Positions 38,569 to 48,518 of a stretch of DNA of 64,000 bases are shown here, one piece after another. The DNA is from a virus. A model generated the notes under the pieces. The model was given only the letters and a program-made list of their open reading frames with translations. It had not been told where the DNA came from and did no database searches. The stretch lies in the IMG/VR virus record IMGVR_UViG_3300029419_000188, one strand, 5' to 3'. Numbering within the stretch: the stretch's first letter is position 1; the number at the start of each line of letters is the position of its first letter. A program made the translations under genes and the position numbers.

Positions 38569-40767
38569 ATGGGAAAAAGTAAAGGTGGAACAACTTTATT
38601 TCAAAAATTTATAAAAAATAATATAAATGAATTAAACAATGAAATTAATCTTTTAATCAAAGATTATCCACAAATTAACTCATTAGAATCTATTACTTTA
38701 ACATCAAAGACAGAAGCAGAAGCTATTTTTAAATTAAAAACAGGATTTTATGTGAAAACTGAAATTAGAAAATGCAAAATAAATAGATGTATCAGTGAAC
38801 TAAAGAAATTTTTGGATAAGTATTTTTCAATAGAAACGCCATTCCAAAAATACTTAAAAAATAATTTAGATGAATTAAAATGTGATATTAATAATTTATT
38901 AATTATCTATCCAGATATAGATTCATTAGAAACTATTATATTAACATCTAATAAGACTGCAAATGTTAAATTCAATCTAAAAAGTGGAAAACATATTGAA
39001 ATAGAAATAAAAAGATGTAGTACTGATAAGTGTATCAAAGAATTAAAAAATTCATTAATAAAAACCATTGAAAACAAAGAAATATTTGAAATTTATATAG
39101 AAAACAATTTAGAATCATTAAAAAATGAAATAAATACTTTGATTGTAGATTATCCATATATTGATTCTTTAGTAAATATCACATTGATATCAAAAAAGGC
39201 TGCAAATGTGAAATTTAAATTAAAAACAGGAAAAATAATTGAAACTGAAATTAGAAAATGTACAGTAAATAACTGTATAAAAGATATCAATAATTATTTA
39301 ACTTATTATTTTATGAATAATCAGAAACTCATTGAAAAGGACTTAGTTCAAGACATTTTAACAAATAATGATTATAATGAAATTGAAAATAGAATAAACA
39401 ATATACTTGATGATAAAAGAATACATATAAAAATTTCAAAAAATGTTCAAGTCTATTATGATACAAAAAAAGTATATACAAAATCATTTTTTGATTTAAT
39501 CAATTTAATGGACTATTTTGAATTAAAGTTTTCAGAAAACAAAAAAGAGACTATTCTCAAAAAACCAAAAGAAAAGATGTATACAAGTATTTCTAAAAAA
39601 TTAAAAACAAAATTAAAGAATGTAAATATTGATGTACCAAAAGAAAATAAAATTGTAAAAGAAGCTGAAAAAATTTACAATGATTATAAATTAAAAAATA
39701 ATACAATGTTAAATACAAAACAATATAAAACAAAAACTATGAATTGTAGTCATTCATTATTAGATTTGTCAGAGCTTAAAATAGACACAAAAGAATTCAA
39801 AATTATAGATAGTAAAAATGAACTACACATAAATTATAAGCCTAGTTTTAAAAATTATAATGATATTGTAAATTCAGATTTATTTCAAAGAGCTAATACA
39901 ATGTTAAAAAATTACATTAAAAACTCAGAATACAATTTTACAGAATTTAAAGGTCTTGGATTTTGGTTTGGTTCAACAACATTTTTGGTTAGTAATTCTA
40001 AATGGGAACAATCTTATTTAATTAAAATTGATTCTCCATATTCTGAAAAAATGAATGTAGAAGATTGGATGACGGATGTTACAAATAAAACAACATCAAA
40101 GATTGTTGATATTGAAAGAAAAATTGAAGAAAAAAGGCAGAAAATTTATAAACAAACTACAAAATATCGAAACAGTTTTTTAGCAAGAGATATTGTATCA
40201 TTTATAAAAAAGAATGAAGAATATATTACAGAAAATGCAGTTATTCAATATATGAAGGGAAATACTGTTCAATTAAATACAGTTATTCATGATTTACCAG
40301 ATTTCATACCATATAAAAATTATACAAAAGATGAAATTTCTAAAATCATAAAATCATTGGTAAATAATAATATTATAGAAGAATGGGCATATAAAGGTAC
40401 GTATGGAACATTTTATACTTTACATTTAACAAATAATAATTATAAACAAATTCTTTTAACTGTAAAGGAAACTGGTATTACTCTTGATCCATTTTCCAAA
40501 ACTGTATTCACAGATTTTGAAGCTGAAAAAATATTTTTTGATTATGAAAATAAGATTCATTTAGCAATAAGAGATTATATAATGTTATTTAATTTAAGTT
40601 CTTCAAAAGGATTCTTGATTAGATATTATGATGAATATATTTCTATTTTACAAAATGCACCAAAAGAAGTAAAAAAACTTTGGAAAATGAAAATAGATAT
40701 GGAGCAAAATAAATTTATAAAAAAATTTTTAAAAGAAATTATAAAAACTCCAAAAGTTCATAATTAA
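38569..40767 (+). CDS. large hypothetical protein with three N-terminal tandem ~83-aa repeats and a C-terminal winged-helix-like segment
   Basis: repeats FQK(F/Y)(I/L)KNN..EL...IN.L...YP.I.SLE.I.LTS...A...F.LK.G......EI(R/K)(R/K)C....CI.ELK occur three times; the start overlaps the VWA gene end, suggesting translational coupling; terminator at 40784-40812. Confidence 0.5.
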   Translation: MGKSKGGTTLFQKFIKNNINELNNEINLLIKDYPQINSLESITLTSKTEAEAIFKLKTGFYVKTEIRKCKINRCISELKKFLDKYFSIETPFQKYLKNNLDELKCDINNLLIIYPDIDSLETIILTSNKTANVKFNLKSGKHIEIEIKRCSTDKCIKELKNSLIKTIENKEIFEIYIENNLESLKNEINTLIVDYPYIDSLVNITLISKKAANVKFKLKTGKIIETEIRKCTVNNCIKDINNYLTYYFMNNQKLIEKDLVQDILTNNDYNEIENRINNILDDKRIHIKISKNVQVYYDTKKVYTKSFFDLINLMDYFELKFSENKKETILKKPKEKMYTSISKKLKTKLKNVNIDVPKENKIVKEAEKIYNDYKLKNNTMLNTKQYKTKTMNCSHSLLDLSELKIDTKEFKIIDSKNELHINYKPSFKNYNDIVNSDLFQRANTMLKNYIKNSEYNFTEFKGLGFWFGSTTFLVSNSKWEQSYLIKIDSPYSEKMNVEDWMTDVTNKTTSKIVDIERKIEEKRQKIYKQTTKYRNSFLARDIVSFIKKNEEYITENAVIQYMKGNTVQLNTVIHDLPDFIPYKNYTKDEISKIIKSLVNNNIIEEWAYKGTYGTFYTLHLTNNNYKQILLTVKETGITLDPFSKTVFTDFEAEKIFFDYENKIHLAIRDYIMLFNLSSSKGFLIRYYDEYISILQNAPKEVKKLWKMKIDMEQNKFIKKFLKEIIKTPKVHN

Positions 40768-41131
40768 TGTATGTTTTGAATTTGAAACCATTGAAATTTC
40801 AATGGTTTCATTTCATTAAACATTTGACTATTGTCAATAATCATGATAAAATAAAAAAATATAAAAAGATTAATTTTTATAAAAAACAATAAATATAACT
40901 TCAGCAATCATTAAAGTGAATTAAAGAATACTGAGAGAAATTGTGAAAATGACAAAAGAAGAAAAAGACAATATAAGAAAAGAATTAAATCAATATACTA
41001 AAGAAGAGTTAATTGAAAAAATAATTATTGAAAGAGAAGAAAATCAGAATCAATTACTTTTTCTTGAAATGAAAATTGATGAAATAGGAACTTTATTAAA
41101 ACTTTGAAATAATTAGAAAGGTGAAAAATTA

Positions 41132-42037
41132 ATGAATATAATTGAGATTAAAAAAGGATTAAAAAATGTCAATTATATGGCATCTAATGATATTATTTTT
41201 GCAGCAGCAGGTACAATTAATGAACAAATCCCATTATTAATAGAAGGTGCACCAGGCGCAGGGAAGACTGCATTAGCAAAAGCTGTTTCAGAAATGTTAG
41301 GATATAAATTGATAAGAGTACAATTTTATGAAGGTTTAACAGCTGATAAAATTTTATATGATTATGATTATCAAAGACAATTACTTACTATTGAATCTAT
41401 AAAAAGTGTTTTAGCAAAAGAATTAAATGATAAAAATATTGAAGAAGCAATTGATGCAACAAAAGATATTAATTTTTATGGGAAATCATTTTTAATTCAA
41501 AGACCAATTTTAGAGTCTATTATGAGTGATGAACGATGTGTATTACTTTTGGATGAAATTGATAAAGCTTCTGAAGAAATTGAATATACATTATTACAAT
41601 TTCTAGATGAATTTTCATTGTCAATCCCACAATATGGAACAATTACTGCAGATGAAAATAAAAAACCAATTGTATTTTTAACATCTAATAATTATAGAGA
41701 TTTATCTGATGCATTAAAGAGAAGATGTAATTATCTTTATATAAATAATAAAACAAAAGAAGAAATGATGGAAATTTTAAAAATGAAAGCAAATATATCT
41801 GATCAACTTGTAAATGGTGTAGCATCTTGTTTAGTTGATATTCAGAAATTAAATTTAAAACAAATGCCATCCATTGATGAAGGTATTAAATGGGCAACTT
41901 ATCTTCAAAAGAATTTTAGTGAAATTAATGAAGATAATATTGATTATACCATTTGTATGCTTGCAAAAAATAATGATGATGTAAAGGAAATTTTAAAAGC
42001 AAATGTAGTGAAAAAAAACATTGGAAAACAATTCTGA
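41132..42037 (+). CDS. MoxR-family AAA+ ATPase (CbbQ/NorQ/GvpN-like subgroup)
   Basis: Walker A GAPGAGKTALAK, ...LIRVQFYEGL...LYDYDYQRQLL resembling CbbQ/NorQ, Walker B VLLLDEIDKAS; palindrome TTGACTATTGTCAA in its promoter region at ~40822. Confidence 0.65.
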   Translation: MNIIEIKKGLKNVNYMASNDIIFAAAGTINEQIPLLIEGAPGAGKTALAKAVSEMLGYKLIRVQFYEGLTADKILYDYDYQRQLLTIESIKSVLAKELNDKNIEEAIDATKDINFYGKSFLIQRPILESIMSDERCVLLLDEIDKASEEIEYTLLQFLDEFSLSIPQYGTITADENKKPIVFLTSNNYRDLSDALKRRCNYLYINNKTKEEMMEILKMKANISDQLVNGVASCLVDIQKLNLKQMPSIDEGIKWATYLQKNFSEINEDNIDYTICMLAKNNDDVKEILKANVVKKNIGKQF

Positions 42038-42352
42038 AAAAGAAGGGAAATATTATGAGAATTTCGTATAGAAAGTGAATTAAACAGCTTAAAGGTCAGA
42101 GTTTTAACTGAACAATTTTCAGATGGTCGACCTAAAATAATACACTTAAAGTTTAATATAGATGATATTTTGAAATTGGAATGTTAACTCTGTGTAGAAG
42201 AACAGAATTGATATCTATAATTAATTATTGAAATTTTGTTTTGTAATTTATACACTCCTTTTATTTTTTTCTTAAATTTTTTTTATATTTTTCTCAAAAT
42301 TATATATAATTCATTAAAAAAATTAAAAAATATAAAAAAGGAGAAAATTTTT

Positions 42353-42655
42353 ATGACATTAAAAATAGGTGGAATTTATAAATCTAAGACTATATACAAT
42401 TTATATTATATTGTACTGACAGCTGATAACAAATACATATATGTTTATGAATTTAAAACAAATCAATATTCAAATATGGAAATTAATAATCAAATTAAAG
42501 TTTCAGATTCATCTAATTTTTCATATTACACAAAATCAATATTTCCCAATATTATTGATGGATATTTAGGTGAATTAACAGAAGAGAATTTAAATCAATT
42601 ATCAATAATTTTCAAAAAAACATTATATTATAAATGTATGTATGATAAGAATTAA
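42353..42655 (+). CDS. hypothetical protein, KIGGIY paralog family
   Basis: MTLKIGGIYKSK...IIDGYLGELTEENLNQL; RBS AAAAAGGAGAAAATTTTT. Confidence 0.5.
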   Translation: MTLKIGGIYKSKTIYNLYYIVLTADNKYIYVYEFKTNQYSNMEINNQIKVSDSSNFSYYTKSIFPNIIDGYLGELTEENLNQLSIIFKKTLYYKCMYDKN

Positions 42656-42668
42656 AAAGGAGCAAATT

Positions 42669-43262
42669 ATGAAAAAAATTATTTTTGATGTAGATGATAC
42701 ATTATGGTCCTTAAATAAGAAAGTTTGTACGAATCTTAATATTCCATATGAAAAAATTATTACATTTTCTGTGTATGAAAATCCATTATTAACAAAAAAT
42801 GAAAAGAAAAAAATGGTAAATGCATATGGTAATCCTGAACTATTTAAGGATATTTTGTGGTTTGATGGAATTAAAAGAATTAATCAATTAAATGATGTTG
42901 ATATTTATATTAATTCAAACAGTGTCAATGAAGAATGTACAAAATGTAAATATAAACAATTGACTTCAATTCTAAAGATACCAAGTAATCATATTTTAAT
43001 TAATACAATTGGTATTAAAAATGAAAATGTAACAAAAAAGGATATTGATAAAGATACGTATATTTTTGTAGATGATTCAGTACACAATGTTTCATTATCC
43101 AATGCAAAGTACAACATTATGATAAAAACACCATGGAATCAATCTGCATCAGCAAAACAATTAATCAAAAATAAAAATGTTATTTTTTGTGAAAATTTAA
43201 ATGAAGTAATTGATGTCATTGAACATTTAATTTCTGAAGAAAATGTGAAATCTATTAGTTAA
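42669..43262 (+). CDS. HAD-superfamily 5'(3')-deoxyribonucleotidase-like protein (NT5C/YorS-type)
   Basis: N-terminal KKIIFDVDDTLW (DxDxT motif I) and later IFVDDS (motif IV-like); ~197 aa, as in phage YorS-type deoxyribonucleotidases; terminator at 43267-43300. Confidence 0.55.
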   Translation: MKKIIFDVDDTLWSLNKKVCTNLNIPYEKIITFSVYENPLLTKNEKKKMVNAYGNPELFKDILWFDGIKRINQLNDVDIYINSNSVNEECTKCKYKQLTSILKIPSNHILINTIGIKNENVTKKDIDKDTYIFVDDSVHNVSLSNAKYNIMIKTPWNQSASAKQLIKNKNVIFCENLNEVIDVIEHLISEENVKSIS

Positions 43263-43392
43263 GAGTATCCGCCATTTATAAATAAAGTGGCGGATTTTTT
43301 ATTATTTTATAAAATTTAAAGTTATATTTTTTATATATTTATTTATAATGTATTATTGAAAATAATTTAAGTTTTTAAAAGGAGGAAATTTC

Positions 43393-43974
43393 ATGAAAGA
43401 GAAAAATCTCTATAGATTATTAAACAATTTTTGTGAAGAATTTGGTCATAAAGGGAGATACATTATTAATGATGTTGATAACAATGCAATATACGTTAAA
43501 ATTCAATTTGATGATTTACTGACAAATAAAGATGAAATTAAAAAAGATCAAGTATGGGCAATGGGATATTGTTTTGTTGAGAAAAATAGTTGTATGTGTA
43601 AAATATTTGTAGATCAAAAAACAACTAATACTAGACCAACTTTTAGATTTTCAAGTCATCCAATAATCAGTAATGATAATAGTTTATATATAAACTATTA
43701 TCTGATGCCAGATTATAATATTGCAAAACAATGGAGTACAGCATTAAAAACTTATTCTAAAAATTCAATTTATGAAACAAATGTATACATTTCAAATAAG
43801 ATGTTACATACATTTATTCAAAATTGTGAACAAACTATTAAAAAATACAAAAATATGATAACATTGGAAAATTTAGATGACATTGAAACATATGCAAAAC
43901 ATTTGACTGAAACTATTAAAATGTATCGGTTGTTAAAACTTGAAGAACAGTATCGTATGAATTCAAAAAATTAA
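43393..43974 (+). CDS. hypothetical protein
   Basis: consensus leader TTTTAAAAGGAGGAAATTTCATG. Confidence 0.5.
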   Translation: MKEKNLYRLLNNFCEEFGHKGRYIINDVDNNAIYVKIQFDDLLTNKDEIKKDQVWAMGYCFVEKNSCMCKIFVDQKTTNTRPTFRFSSHPIISNDNSLYINYYLMPDYNIAKQWSTALKTYSKNSIYETNVYISNKMLHTFIQNCEQTIKKYKNMITLENLDDIETYAKHLTETIKMYRLLKLEEQYRMNSKN

Positions 43975-43984
43975 CATATAAAAT

Positions 43985-44220
43985 AGTTGGAGAGCTTCAT
44001 TAGATACTTTATATTTAGGTGATTGGGACTTTTCTAATGGAGAAAGTTTTGATTACATTTTTTCTAATTGTAAAAATTTAAAAGATATATATTTATCAGA
44101 TACCTTTCCACAATTAACAGAAGATATGTTTTTTAATTGCAATCCAAATTTAAAAATTCATTGGAAAGATAAGATTTATACATACCAAGATTTAATTGAA
44201 TATTCAATATTTGAAAATTA
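43985..44220 (+). pseudogene. C-terminal remnant of a DUF285/PARCEL family gene
   Basis: translates to ...LGDWDFSNGESFDYIFSNCKNLKDIYLSDTF...NLKIHWKDKIYTYQDLIEYSIFEN*, matching the C-termini of 1730..2497 and 2606..3361; no start or N-terminus. Confidence 0.55.
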
Positions 44221-44233
44221 AGGGGAAATAATT

Positions 44234-44962
44234 ATGAATAATTTTAAACAACAATTAAAATCAACAGAATATGATTTTCTTAGAACAAATCCATTATTCG
44301 GAAAACAGTTACAAATGTTGTGTTTATCAGGCAGTAATTCATATGGAACAGCTATTAATAATTCTGATTTGGATATTAGAGGTATAGCATTAGAATTGCC
44401 AAAGGATTTATTATTATTGAAACAATCAAGAAATATTGCAGATAATAATACAGATACCACTATTTATCAATTTAACTCATTTTTAGATTTGTTAATAAAG
44501 GGACAACCAAATGCAATTGAATTATTGGGACTTCGTGAACAAGATTATTTGTTTAAAACTTATATTTTTGAAGAAATATTGAAAAACAAAGACATGTTTT
44601 TATCTCAACATATTCTTCACAGAATAAAAGGATATGCAGAAGATGAATATAAGAATAATCCCAAAATAAGTAATGATAAGAAAAGAAATAAATCTTTAAT
44701 GCATATTATTCGGTTATATACATTTGGAATTGAAATTGCAAATGGAAATATTGTAACCTACAGAGATAAAGAACAATCATTACTCTTAGATATTCGAAAT
44801 GGTAAATTTACTGATATTGAATTTGAAAATATTTTAAGAAAATATAAAGAAAGATTTGAAATTGCAACAAATAAGTCAATAATTCCAGAAGATGCAAATT
44901 TGGAAGAAATTGAAAAAATAAGAATAAAGATTAATAAAAGAAATATTTGTGAATGTATTTGA
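44234..44962 (+). CDS. polymerase-beta-superfamily nucleotidyltransferase (PF10127 Nuc-transf-like)
   Basis: CLSGSNSYGTAINNSDLDIRGI matches the GS-x(9-13)-DxD nucleotidyltransferase motif, in the form typical of ~250-aa predicted nucleotidyltransferases. Confidence 0.5.
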   Translation: MNNFKQQLKSTEYDFLRTNPLFGKQLQMLCLSGSNSYGTAINNSDLDIRGIALELPKDLLLLKQSRNIADNNTDTTIYQFNSFLDLLIKGQPNAIELLGLREQDYLFKTYIFEEILKNKDMFLSQHILHRIKGYAEDEYKNNPKISNDKKRNKSLMHIIRLYTFGIEIANGNIVTYRDKEQSLLLDIRNGKFTDIEFENILRKYKERFEIATNKSIIPEDANLEEIEKIRIKINKRNICECI

Positions 44963-44977
44963 AAAGGAGAGAAAATT

Positions 44978-45163
44978 ATGACAGTTCAAGAATTATTAAG
45001 TCATTTTGATAATGAAAACTTATATGTAGATATGTGTATGCCATCAATAAGGATGTGCGGATCAATTAAAGAGATAATGAATCCAACAAATTCATTATTT
45101 TTCAATTTATCAGTTTCAAAATGGAAATTGACAGATAAAAATATATTAAAAATTGATATTTAA
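44978..45163 (+). CDS. hypothetical small protein
   Basis: RBS GAAAAGGAGAGAAAATT; bidirectional terminator at 45169-45202. Confidence 0.4.
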   Translation: MTVQELLSHFDNENLYVDMCMPSIRMCGSIKEIMNPTNSLFFNLSVSKWKLTDKNILKIDI

Positions 45164-45201
45164 ACAAAAATACTATCTGCAAAATGCAGATAGTATTTTT
45201 C

Positions 45202-46377
45202 TTATATTTTTTCAATCAATAATTCTTTAATTTTTTCAACATTACTATTTCCACAATGAAGCAATTTTGTATTTGTTTGTTTACAAATTTCTTTAACATG
45301 ATAATAAGTTGTATGATTTACATAATTTGTAAAAACAACTACATAATCAGATTTTGGAATACTATTTTCATAATTTTTAAATGCAATTTTTGCAGTAGGA
45401 AATGCATTTTGTAATTCATTTAAAAATGTACATCTGTCTGAAATGATAAATAATAATTGATAATCATTAATATTTTTATCAAAAGTTGTAATCATTTCTT
45501 CTTCTTTTTCTTCTTCTGTAATGGTTATTTCTTGTGAAGTTTGTTTCTTTAATTTTTCTCTCAATTCTTCATTATTTTTTAATAATTCATAATTTTCTTT
45601 TCTCAATTCTTCTGTATTTCTTTTTATCAATAATCTAGTTTCTTCATTTTTTTTCTGCAAATCATTTTTTAATTTTTCAATTATTATTTCTCGTTCTGTA
45701 AGTTTTTCTTCTAATTTTTCATTTTCATGCATTGTGTCAAACATCTGCTTTGTAACATCTAATAATTCTTCACCATTGTCTCCTTTATAATCCTCATTAA
45801 TTAAAATTAAATGTTCAAATGATACGATTATTTTATAAAAAGCTTCATTTAATATCTTTAATTGATCTGGATCAGATAGAGGTAACAATTCTCGAATATA
45901 ATTAACTTCATTGATTGTTGGATTTTTTGCTGATAAATATGCAATATATTCTTGATATACATTTTCTAATTCATGATGTATCATTTTATAAATTACTGGT
46001 CCTTGTGTAAATACATCTTTTACTTCTTCTAAATCCTTTTTTGCAATTAAAATAGATGGAATTTCTGGTAAATGAAAGAGATGTAATAGTACTTTCATTT
46101 TTTTATAATCTTCATTCAAACTATGTACATATATTACCATATTTGCTAAAAGATAATCATCAATATTTGTTATTTTAAATGGTCCATTATGATAAATTTT
46201 ATCAAATGAAGGTGTATTATCTTTCACATATTTAAATAAATCCAATTTTGCCTTTGTTACAAATCTCGAAAATCTTTTACCTTTGAAATCTTCATCCATT
46301 GCAAAAGAATGAAGATAATTTTCATCCATATTATTCATAGTATCTAAAGCTTTTTCTAATATTTTTTCTAAATCCAT
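45202..46377 (-). CDS. hypothetical coiled-coil protein with a C-terminal domain resembling DUF2325
   Basis: RBS AAAGGAGTG; long coiled coil; C-terminus DYVVVFTNYVNHTTYYHVKEICKQTNTKLLHCG; palindrome AGACAATTGTCAA ~40 bp upstream of the start. Confidence 0.45.
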   Translation of the reverse strand: MDLEKILEKALDTMNNMDENYLHSFAMDEDFKGKRFSRFVTKAKLDLFKYVKDNTPSFDKIYHNGPFKITNIDDYLLANMVIYVHSLNEDYKKMKVLLHLFHLPEIPSILIAKKDLEEVKDVFTQGPVIYKMIHHELENVYQEYIAYLSAKNPTINEVNYIRELLPLSDPDQLKILNEAFYKIIVSFEHLILINEDYKGDNGEELLDVTKQMFDTMHENEKLEEKLTEREIIIEKLKNDLQKKNEETRLLIKRNTEELRKENYELLKNNEELREKLKKQTSQEITITEEEKEEEMITTFDKNINDYQLLFIISDRCTFLNELQNAFPTAKIAFKNYENSIPKSDYVVVFTNYVNHTTYYHVKEICKQTNTKLLHCGNSNVEKIKELLIEKI

Positions 46378-46532
46378 ACTATCACTCCTTTATTATATTT
46401 ATATTGTATCATATTTACAGACAATTGTCAAAAATATTGTAAAATTTAAAACAATATAAAAAAATAAGAATATTTTTTATTTAAGAATCTATAATAAAGA
46501 AAAAAAATGTAAGTTTTGAAAAGGAGAGAATT

Positions 46533-46823
46533 ATGAAAAAAATGAATTTTATAAATGGAGTTTTAATTGCACTAATTATTTTTGTTTCAGTTATTGGAAT
46601 TGGTGGAGTTATCTATCAACGAGTTGTATTGGATCAAAAAGAAACAGCTACAATAAGTAATACTGAAGTTGATACTACAAATATTAATTCCAATACGTCA
46701 AATGTTATTGACAATGGAAATGGTACACATACACATACTTATATAGATGAAAATGGTGAAACAGTAAAAGAAACACATAATGATACAGATCATTTAACAT
46801 CAGAACAGAATGAAACTGAATAA
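46533..46823 (+). CDS. small membrane-anchored protein (N-terminal TM, Thr/Asn-rich tail)
   Basis: promoter tctataat at 46486; consensus leader. Confidence 0.45.
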   Translation: MKKMNFINGVLIALIIFVSVIGIGGVIYQRVVLDQKETATISNTEVDTTNINSNTSNVIDNGNGTHTHTYIDENGETVKETHNDTDHLTSEQNETE

Positions 46824-46977
46824 AAAATAAATCTAAAATATTCCTTGAAAAAATGTAAATTACTAGAAAGACAAAAACATTTTCGTTTTTTGGAATAAAT
46901 TAAAACTTACTATTTATAATAACTATAGAATTTATACAAAAACAAATTTATTCAAGTTTTTAAAAGGAGAAAAAATT

Positions 46978-47478
46978 ATGAAAAAACGAGAGATTTATAC
47001 AATTAATAATAATCATGGTATTATTATTATTATAAATGAAAAACAATATCTTTATATGTCTAGTTTTATTAGATCTGTTAGATCTGAATCATATTCATTA
47101 ACAGAAACAGATATAAATATGTTGTTTTCATCATTAAAACGGTATATATCTTATATGCCATTGAAAAAGCTATCAAGATTAACTGTTGAAGATTACAAAT
47201 ATATTGGAATGATTGATGAAAAATTATTTTTATCAGTATTTCCAGAATCAAAATATCAAAAATGTGAAACTTCAAATATTATAATACATAATGCAAATTA
47301 TTTAGAATTACAAAGATTACGAAATTTTTTGGAAGAGAATGGAATATTAAATGCTACAGATGAAGATCTTGAAAATGCATGGATCAAATTTTCAAATGAA
47401 AAAATCTTTACAAATTGGGCGGATATGGATGGGTATAATTTGAAAAGATTTTTACAGTGTAGCCACAGATATTTATAA
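46978..47478 (+). CDS. hypothetical protein (C-terminus shares the NATDEDLENAW motif with 9887..10117)
   Basis: consensus leader; terminator at 47488-47521 with the same hairpin arms as the one at 35498. Confidence 0.5.
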   Translation: MKKREIYTINNNHGIIIIINEKQYLYMSSFIRSVRSESYSLTETDINMLFSSLKRYISYMPLKKLSRLTVEDYKYIGMIDEKLFLSVFPESKYQKCETSNIIIHNANYLELQRLRNFLEENGILNATDEDLENAWIKFSNEKIFTNWADMDGYNLKRFLQCSHRYL

Positions 47479-47733
47479 AAAACATCAAAGAACTATTACT
47501 TTAAAAGTAGTAGTTCTTTTTAAAGAGTAATTTTAAAAATCATGAAATAATGATAGAGAAAAATTTAAGAAATGTTCGTGAAAGTATCAAAAAATATCGA
47601 TGTTAGAATTTTAAGAGTAAGAAAAAGGTTCGTAAAGAAACGAATATTCAAAAAACAGAATAATTAAATTCAAAAAATGGAATAAATAAAAAAAATTCAT
47701 ATATAATATTAAAAATTGAAAGGAAAGATAAAC

Positions 47734-48414
47734 ATGAAAAAATGTATTAAAAAATTAGTAAACATCTTATTTGTTATTTCATTTCTTTTGACATTATGTG
47801 TTCCAATTCATGTAAATGCTATTTCAACAGATGATTTAGCTAAAAGTGGTGACATTGGATACATGAGAATGAAATTATTTATAAAAGAAAATCCAAATGA
47901 AATTATTGTACATTTGTTAAAAAATGATAGTGGAGAAATTATTGATTTATATACCTATCCACAAGATGATTATATTATTGATGCTACATTACCAGTTGGT
48001 CAATATACAGTACAAGATATCTCATCTAAAGAAAAAATTTCTTTTGATATTGGTCAAACTTTTACAATTGAAAAAAATGGTATATCAACTGTAAAGATAC
48101 CACAAAGCAAAATGACTTTTGAAGATTTTGATGAGCCACTTTCTTCTGATGGAATAGGTGAAGATATTTCTCTTATTTCTGAAAACTCAAATAAAGTAGT
48201 TGATACTGAAGAAATTGAAGATAATGAGATTAAACCAAGAGATGTGGAAACTAATGAAATTGCACTTTATGCAGAAGATACTGGAATAAGTAAATCAACA
48301 CAAAGTGAAAATGTAAATAAAATTATTATAATTGGTGTTTGTGTAATTGTTGGAATTATGGGAATATCTTTTATATTTAAGAAAAAAAAGAAAGAAGAAA
48401 AGACAGAAAATTAA
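47734..48414 (+). CDS. cell-surface protein with an N-terminal signal peptide and a C-terminal TM anchor
   Basis: signal-like KKLVNILFVISFLLTLCVPIHVNA; C-terminal IIIIGVCVIVGIMGISFIF followed by a KKKKKEEK tail; terminator at 48421-48458. Confidence 0.5.
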   Translation: MKKCIKKLVNILFVISFLLTLCVPIHVNAISTDDLAKSGDIGYMRMKLFIKENPNEIIVHLLKNDSGEIIDLYTYPQDDYIIDATLPVGQYTVQDISSKEKISFDIGQTFTIEKNGISTVKIPQSKMTFEDFDEPLSSDGIGEDISLISENSNKVVDTEEIEDNEIKPRDVETNEIALYAEDTGISKSTQSENVNKIIIIGVCVIVGIMGISFIFKKKKKEEKTEN

Positions 48415-48518
48415 GTTTTAAAACTCTCAATATTATTGAGAGTTTTTTATTTTTTTATAAAAAATTCCACACAAAAATTCCAACTAAAAACAAGAGGCTG
48501 TACCTCTTGTTTTTAGTT

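Noticed and set aside
44234-44962. CD-NTase/CBASS cyclase interpretation of the nucleotidyltransferase
   Set aside because: At ~240 aa it is too short, has no recognisable effector or Cap genes nearby, and its motif fits generic ~250-aa pol-beta nucleotidyltransferases better.
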